This document shows positions 59,415 to 64,000 of a DNA stretch of 64,000 bases, in pieces (the first letter of the stretch is position 1; every line of letters starts with the position of its first letter). A program made the translations under genes and the position numbers. This DNA is from Chloroflexota bacterium (GTDB lineage Bacteria; Chloroflexota; Dehalococcoidia; E44-bin15), in the NCBI GenBank assembly GCA_030626475.1, contig DAOUOW010000001.1, positions 108 through 64,107 on the forward strand, read 5' to 3'. The notes under the pieces were generated by a model. It worked only from the letters and a program-made list of their open reading frames with translations. It was not told where the DNA came from and did no database searches.

Positions 59415-60443
59415 TTAACTCCCTATCTTATTTACCAGCTTCCGAGTTGCCCTTTCTGCATCATCAGCCCCTAAAACGGCGCTAATCACCGCTAGGGAAT
59501 CCGCCCCCGCCTCAATGACCGCAGCGGCATTCCCCTCATTGATGCCGCCGATGGCAACGATGGGCAGCGATACCACCTGCCTGATCTGACGCAACATTTC
59601 CAATCCCACCCCTTTAGTTCCCTCTTTTGAGGTGGTGGGATAAATGGAACCCACAGCGATGTAATCGGCACCCTCAGCCTGAGCCTGAAGCGCCTCTTGG
59701 GAAGAGGTTGTGGAGCAGCCCAAAATCTTGTCCCCGGGCAGTAAGCAGCGCGCTGCCGAAAAGGGCAGGTCACCTTGCCCCAAGTGGAGGCCATCGGCAT
59801 CTGAGGCAAGGGCGATATCAAGGTGGTCGTTGACGATGAAAAGCACTTCAGATCGGGAACAAAGCTGCCTTAACTCAGTCGCTGTGGCCAGTATCTCTCG
59901 CTTTTCCCGCTGCTTGTCCCGCAGCTGGATCGCCTTTGCCCCACCGCTGATCACCTTGCCGGCTACCTCCACTTCCTCTCGTCCCTGCAGCGCCTCATAG
60001 TCGAGGATTACATAGAGACCTGCTACCCTCTCTCTCTTGTCGCGGCGAAGGAGGCTGAGGGTGAGTTTCTGCTCTATTTGATAGAGATCAAACCGTGCCT
60101 TCTTGAACCTCGCCGAGTCCAGTGCCTGATCAGGGAGCTTGGCAAACTCTTCCACCACCCTGAGCGATTCTTCAACCCTCTTGGCGTTGGCAGTAACGAG
60201 GGAGGGGATGTCCTCCCGCTGGAGCTCACCGGAGACCTCAGCGAAGGCACCGACATCGGCTGCTGAATCTCGGGCCGAGAGCAGCTTCCTTTGTAGCGAG
60301 GGGTCATCTGCCGCCAGGTCATGGCGCAGGGATTTTAATTGCTCGCTTAGTGCGGCATCATTGAGGAGAAAGCGGGCCACATCCTCGAGGAGGCGAAGCC
60401 CCTCGCTGATGCGGTTGAGGTTGGCATCGATGAGGCGTAGCAT
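59415..60443 (-). CDS. thiE: Thiamine-phosphate synthase with N-terminal extension
   Basis: RLIDANLNR..EGLR..ED N-domain; QLRDK, VNDH, HLGQGD, AIGGI. Confidence 0.94.
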   Translation of the reverse strand: MLRLIDANLNRISEGLRLLEDVARFLLNDAALSEQLKSLRHDLAADDPSLQRKLLSARDSAADVGAFAEVSGELQREDIPSLVTANAKRVEESLRVVEEFAKLPDQALDSARFKKARFDLYQIEQKLTLSLLRRDKRERVAGLYVILDYEALQGREEVEVAGKVISGGAKAIQLRDKQREKREILATATELRQLCSRSEVLFIVNDHLDIALASDADGLHLGQGDLPFSAARCLLPGDKILGCSTTSSQEALQAQAEGADYIAVGSIYPTTSKEGTKGVGLEMLRQIRQVVSLPIVAIGGINEGNAAAVIEAGADSLAVISAVLGADDAERATRKLVNKIGS

Positions 60444-60453
60444 TGAAAATAGC

Positions 60454-60822
60454 CTAAATGTCCTTGAGCGACTCTGGCATTTCTCCCTCTCGTGCAGCGT
60501 CGATCATCTCACGCACTTCGGAAAAGGTATTCCGGTATTCCTCGCTGCGCATATCCATCCCCACCTCCTTGAGCCTGTGCTCAGCCCACCTGCCGATATT
60601 GCGCGGGTCTTTGTAGTAGTCGGGGCCAGGGTAAGACTGTGGCGGGCCAGCTTCCTCAAGGCGCGCGTGCTCCGATTTGTGATGAGCAAAGCTGGAGATC
60701 AAACGGCTGAGCTCCTCACCACCGCAGTGAGGGCACCGCGGGGATGGAGAATCGCTTATGCTCCTCACAAGCAGGCTCAGCTTACTATGGCAATTATGAC
60801 AGCTGAACTCGTAGATAGGCAT
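60454..60822 (-). CDS. FmdB-family zinc-ribbon protein
   Basis: MPIYEFSCHNC...CPHCGG...L.RL.S. Confidence 0.85.
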   Translation of the reverse strand: MPIYEFSCHNCHSKLSLLVRSISDSPSPRCPHCGGEELSRLISSFAHHKSEHARLEEAGPPQSYPGPDYYKDPRNIGRWAEHRLKEVGMDMRSEEYRNTFSEVREMIDAAREGEMPESLKDI

Positions 60823-60828
60823 AGCACA

Positions 60829-61185
60829 TCACTCTGGCTCTTCCCCGGCCATCTCGGGCCCCTCGGGCATCTCCCCGTGCTCCATCTTCTTAAGCATTTC
60901 CTTATGTTCAGGGGAGACATCCTCATCCATTCCCCGGCTCATCCTTTTGTTCCACTCCGCCAGAGCCCTGGGGTCATTTCGCATCATGGCATCTGACAGG
61001 CGCTGGTCACTAAGGATATCCTCGTAGATCTCCTTATAGCCTCCTCTACGCATGGCGAAGGAGGAGAACAGCCGCACCAGCTCCTCACTGCCGCAGAAGG
61101 GGCACTGGGGCGATGATGCGGGGTCTCGAAGATAGATAGAAACCCTACGTTGACAGCTTTGACACCGATACTCATAGATCGGCAT
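60829..61185 (-). CDS. FmdB-family zinc-ribbon protein
   Basis: MPIYEYRCQSC...CPFCGS...RLFS. Confidence 0.85.
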   Translation of the reverse strand: MPIYEYRCQSCQRRVSIYLRDPASSPQCPFCGSEELVRLFSSFAMRRGGYKEIYEDILSDQRLSDAMMRNDPRALAEWNKRMSRGMDEDVSPEHKEMLKKMEHGEMPEGPEMAGEEPE

Positions 61186-61243
61186 AAAGCCTCACCTCTG
61201 GGTGTAATTTTAACATATCAGGTGCAATAGGTAAATGCGAAGC

Positions 61244-61603
61244 TCAGCTTGTGGCATCCTCAATGAGCTCGATGCGGGAAACCTGCCCCCGAGGCGTCAG
61301 TTCCACAACGACGACATCGATGCGCCACGAAGGCGGCAGGTCCTCGTGGCTCTGAATATAGCTTTGAGCTATGGCGATGAGCCTCTCTATCTTGTTAGGG
61401 GTCACTGATTCCTCGGCGGTGCCGAAGGATGAGCTTATCCTGGTGCGCACCTCGACGAAAACGAGGAAATCATCCTTTTCGACGATGATATCGATCTCCC
61501 CCTCCCGCAAGCGGAAGTTTCGCTCCCGGACACGGTAGCCCTCCTTCTGGAGATAATCCGCCGCTATCCTTTCACCCAGGGCACCAACTTCTCTGCGATT
61601 CAC
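61244..61603 (-). CDS. yraN: YraN (UPF0102) putative endonuclease
   Basis: G..GE..A..YL, ERNFR...GEIDII, VFVEVR; GTG overlaps rnhB stop. Confidence 0.92.
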   Translation of the reverse strand: MNRREVGALGERIAADYLQKEGYRVRERNFRLREGEIDIIVEKDDFLVFVEVRTRISSSFGTAEESVTPNKIERLIAIAQSYIQSHEDLPPSWRIDVVVVELTPRGQVSRIELIEDATS

Positions 61604-62241
61604 CGGATGCACTCCATGACCGGGGCAAAGCACCTTCTGTGAATGGGGCATGCCCCCCATCGCTGCAGGTTCAAAAGATGTTCTCTGGTAGCATAACCCT
61701 TGTGCCTGGCAAAGCCATAATCGGGATACACCTCATCAAGCGCCATCATAATGCGATCCCGGGTCACCTTGGCAACAATGGAGGCACAGGCGATTGAAAG
61801 GCAGAGGCTATCTCCCCGGGTGATGTTCTTTTGGGGTACATCAAGCTCAGGCAGTCTGATGTGGTCAATAAGGAGGAAATCGGGGGGATGGGGGAAATGC
61901 TCTACTGCGGAGCACATTGCCAGCCTTGTCGCCCTCATAATTCCCTGAGCATCTATGGCATCCGGTGGCGAGAGGCCAATGCCAATGCCGATAGCTGCCC
62001 CCTCGATTAAAGGAAAGAGGAACTCTCTCCTCTTTGGGGTCAGCTGTTTGCTATCGCGCACCAGGGTCAGCCAGCGGGCGTCGAGATTGGGGGGCAATAT
62101 CACAGCAGCAGCAACAACAGGCCCCGCTAATGGACCACGTCCCACCTCATCGATGCCGGCGATGAAGCAGTAGCCTTGCTCCGCCAGCTTTCGCTCTTCA
62201 GCAAAATTTGGTTTGGTAGCTATCCTACGCCGCACTTTCAA
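61600..62241 (-). CDS. rnhB: Ribonuclease HII
   Basis: GIDEVGRGPLAGPV, DSKQL, IACASIVAKV.RD, HKGY; start uncertain. Confidence 0.95.
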   Translation of the reverse strand: MKVRRRIATKPNFAEERKLAEQGYCFIAGIDEVGRGPLAGPVVAAAVILPPNLDARWLTLVRDSKQLTPKRREFLFPLIEGAAIGIGIGLSPPDAIDAQGIMRATRLAMCSAVEHFPHPPDFLLIDHIRLPELDVPQKNITRGDSLCLSIACASIVAKVTRDRIMMALDEVYPDYGFARHKGYATREHLLNLQRWGACPIHRRCFAPVMECIR

Positions 62242-63256
62242 TGATTCCTCCTCCCAAGACCTCATCCCCATGGTAAAAAACGACCGCCTGGCCTGGTGTG
62301 ATAGCTCGCTGGGGCTCATAAAAGCGAAGCTCACAGCGCTCACCTTGCGGCGAGAGCACCGCCCTTGCCTCCGCCGACCGATAGCGGATCTTAGCCCCGA
62401 CCTCGATATCCCCCCGGGAAACCTCTCCTAAGATGAAATTGACCCTGCTTGCCACCAGGGTATCGCTGAAAAGCTCATCCTCTAATCCCACGACCAAGGT
62501 GTTAGTCGGAGCATCGATCCTTAGCACATAGAGAGGCTCCATGGAGGCGATACCCAAGCCCCGCCTTTGTCCGATGGTGTATAAAGCGATGCCCTGATGT
62601 CTCCCCAGCACCTTTCCCTCAAGGTCTACGATCTCCCCCAGCGCAGGAGGGAGACGCTGAACGAGGAAGCTACCGTAGTTTCCATCAGGAATGAAACAGA
62701 CCTCCTGACTCTCGTCCTTATCGTAGGTGTGAAGCCCCCTCTCTGCCGCCATGTGCCGCACTTCATCCTTGCAGTATTCACCCAGGGGAAATAGGAGATG
62801 CTTTAGCTGAGCCTGTCCCACGGTATAGAGGAAGTAGGACTGATCCTTAGCTCGGTCGATGCCCTTGAGCAAGCGATATCTCCCCCGAGAGCGGTCGATT
62901 CTGGCATAGTGACCGGTGGCCAAATAGTCCGCCCCCAATGCCAATGCCTTTTTGAGGAGGAGTTCAAACTTTATCCTCTCGTTACAAGCAATGCACGGGT
63001 TTGGTGTTCTGCCACGACCATATTCTTCACAGAAGTAATCGATGATGTAGTTTTGGAACTCTGGGGCAAAGTTGAGCACATGAAAGGGGATGCCAAGGTC
63101 GTGGCACACTCGCTTGACATAATCAGCACCCTGCTGAGATTCAGGCCACAACTGCATGTTGACGCCGCTGACCTCATGCCCTTTCTCCTTTAGCAGCGCC
63201 GCCGCAAGCGAGGAGTCAACACCACCGCTCATAGCGACAAAAACGCGACCGCTCAT
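62225..63256 (-). CDS. mnmA: tRNA 2-thiouridylase
   Basis: AMSGGVDSS, TPNPCIACN, ATGHYA, KDQSYFL, SQEVCF, TPGQ. Confidence 0.96.
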   Translation of the reverse strand: MSGRVFVAMSGGVDSSLAAALLKEKGHEVSGVNMQLWPESQQGADYVKRVCHDLGIPFHVLNFAPEFQNYIIDYFCEEYGRGRTPNPCIACNERIKFELLLKKALALGADYLATGHYARIDRSRGRYRLLKGIDRAKDQSYFLYTVGQAQLKHLLFPLGEYCKDEVRHMAAERGLHTYDKDESQEVCFIPDGNYGSFLVQRLPPALGEIVDLEGKVLGRHQGIALYTIGQRRGLGIASMEPLYVLRIDAPTNTLVVGLEDELFSDTLVASRVNFILGEVSRGDIEVGAKIRYRSAEARAVLSPQGERCELRFYEPQRAITPGQAVVFYHGDEVLGGGIIESAA

Positions 63257-63430
63257 CTTTCTCCGCCAAACTGAAGTCTAGCATAAAGCTTTATTCACTA
63301 TCAACATTCACGATCCCGATTGCGGACCGAAATACCAGGGCAGGATGCTCTTTGTGGTGCAAGAGATTGACCCCTCTAGACCTTGACACAGCATTTTTGT
63401 GGTATTATATAGTTGAGAAGAGGTGGGTCT

Positions 63431-63775
63431 CTGGAAACAATCGAGCTGGCAAGGAAGGCTATAGAAGCGGCCTCAGACAAACAGGCGATAGACGTTGTAA
63501 TGCTGGATATGAGAGAGGTCTGCAACTTTGCCGATTACTTTGTCATCTGCAGTGGCGACACCAAGCGCCAGATGGAGGCCATCTGTGATGAGATCCACGG
63601 GGTGCTGGAAAAGGAGGGAATAACGCTGCGGCGCCGCGAGGGCGCTACGGGCTCAGGCTGGATACTGATGGATTTTGGCGATGTTATCATTCATGTCTTC
63701 GCCCCCAGGGATCGGGAGTATTACCAGCTAGAAAGGCTATGGAGCAAAGCTACGCCGCTGGTCAGGATTCAGTGA
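63431..63775 (+). CDS. rsfS: Ribosome silencing factor
   Basis: DKQA.D, DYFVICSG, WILMDFGDVIIHVF, Y.LE.LW; start uncertain (TTG 63413 or CTG 63431). Confidence 0.92.
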   Translation: METIELARKAIEAASDKQAIDVVMLDMREVCNFADYFVICSGDTKRQMEAICDEIHGVLEKEGITLRRREGATGSGWILMDFGDVIIHVFAPRDREYYQLERLWSKATPLVRIQ

Positions 63776-63998
63776 TCCACCTTTCTATCTCTCTCGAGTA
63801 GTGAAATATTTCCTCTTCTGAGAAAAATATATCGATCTCCTCTTCTGCGGTCTGCTCCGAATCGGAGCCATGAATCAGGTTGCGCCCAATATCTAAAGCC
63901 AGGTCTCCCCTTATCGTTCCTGGCAGCGCAAGAGCAGGGTCGGTCTCCCCCATAGTCCGGCGCACTACATCGACAGCATTTTCCCCTTCAAAAATGGC
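63762..63998 (-). CDS. ndk: Nucleoside diphosphate kinase (C-terminal part, truncated by window)
   Basis: PGTIRGD, NLIHGSDS. Confidence 0.95.
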   Translation of the reverse strand, partial: AIFEGENAVDVVRRTMGETDPALALPGTIRGDLALDIGRNLIHGSDSEQTAEEEIDIFFSEEEIFHYSREIERWITES

Positions 63999-64000
63999 GG

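Noticed and set aside
1..64000. CRISPR array, tRNA/rRNA, riboswitch, T-box before glyQS, IS or integrase
   Set aside because: No regularly spaced repeats, cloverleafs or recombinase motifs seen by eye; the glyQS leader is too short for a T-box. An Rfam/tRNAscan run would be needed to exclude small RNAs.
1..64000. Selenocysteine or pyrrolysine read-through
   Set aside because: Recognised proteins look complete at their stops; no in-frame TGA/TAG splits a known domain, apart from the decayed hdrC relic.

Overview
A gene-dense, GC-rich stretch of bacterial chromosome. Gene content and order (11-subunit nuoA-D,H-N without nuoEFG; leuC/leuD-like + idh + mdh + two-subunit fumarase operon; archease-rtcB; translin; ThiE with an N-terminal extension; dimeric-type glyQS) point to an anaerobic Chloroflexota, probably Dehalococcoidia (inference). 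I found no rRNA, tRNA, CRISPR array, integrase or transposase by eye. Main highlights: (1) A complex I whose NuoH is fused to NuoI, with a ~470-aa circularly permuted GltD/NfnB/HdrL-type FAD/NAD(P)H module inserted inside NuoI, which may be a built-in replacement for the missing NuoEFG electron-input arm. (2) Three small recombinase-free cassettes encoding predicted RNase toxins (two HEPN-motif proteins, one hicBA). Each sits at a housekeeping operon junction, is flanked by direct repeats of the target and ends in a -10 hexamer in front of the downstream gene. (3) A decayed hdrC relic next to an sdhACDB block that separates the two fumarase genes. (4) A transcarboxylase/TCA/Na+-decarboxylase gene set suggesting a methylmalonyl-CoA (propionate) pathway with Na+ bioenergetics. 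(5) A QueD with the dual PTPS-I/III motif near folP-folK and no folB. All calls come from motif reading only; no searches were run.
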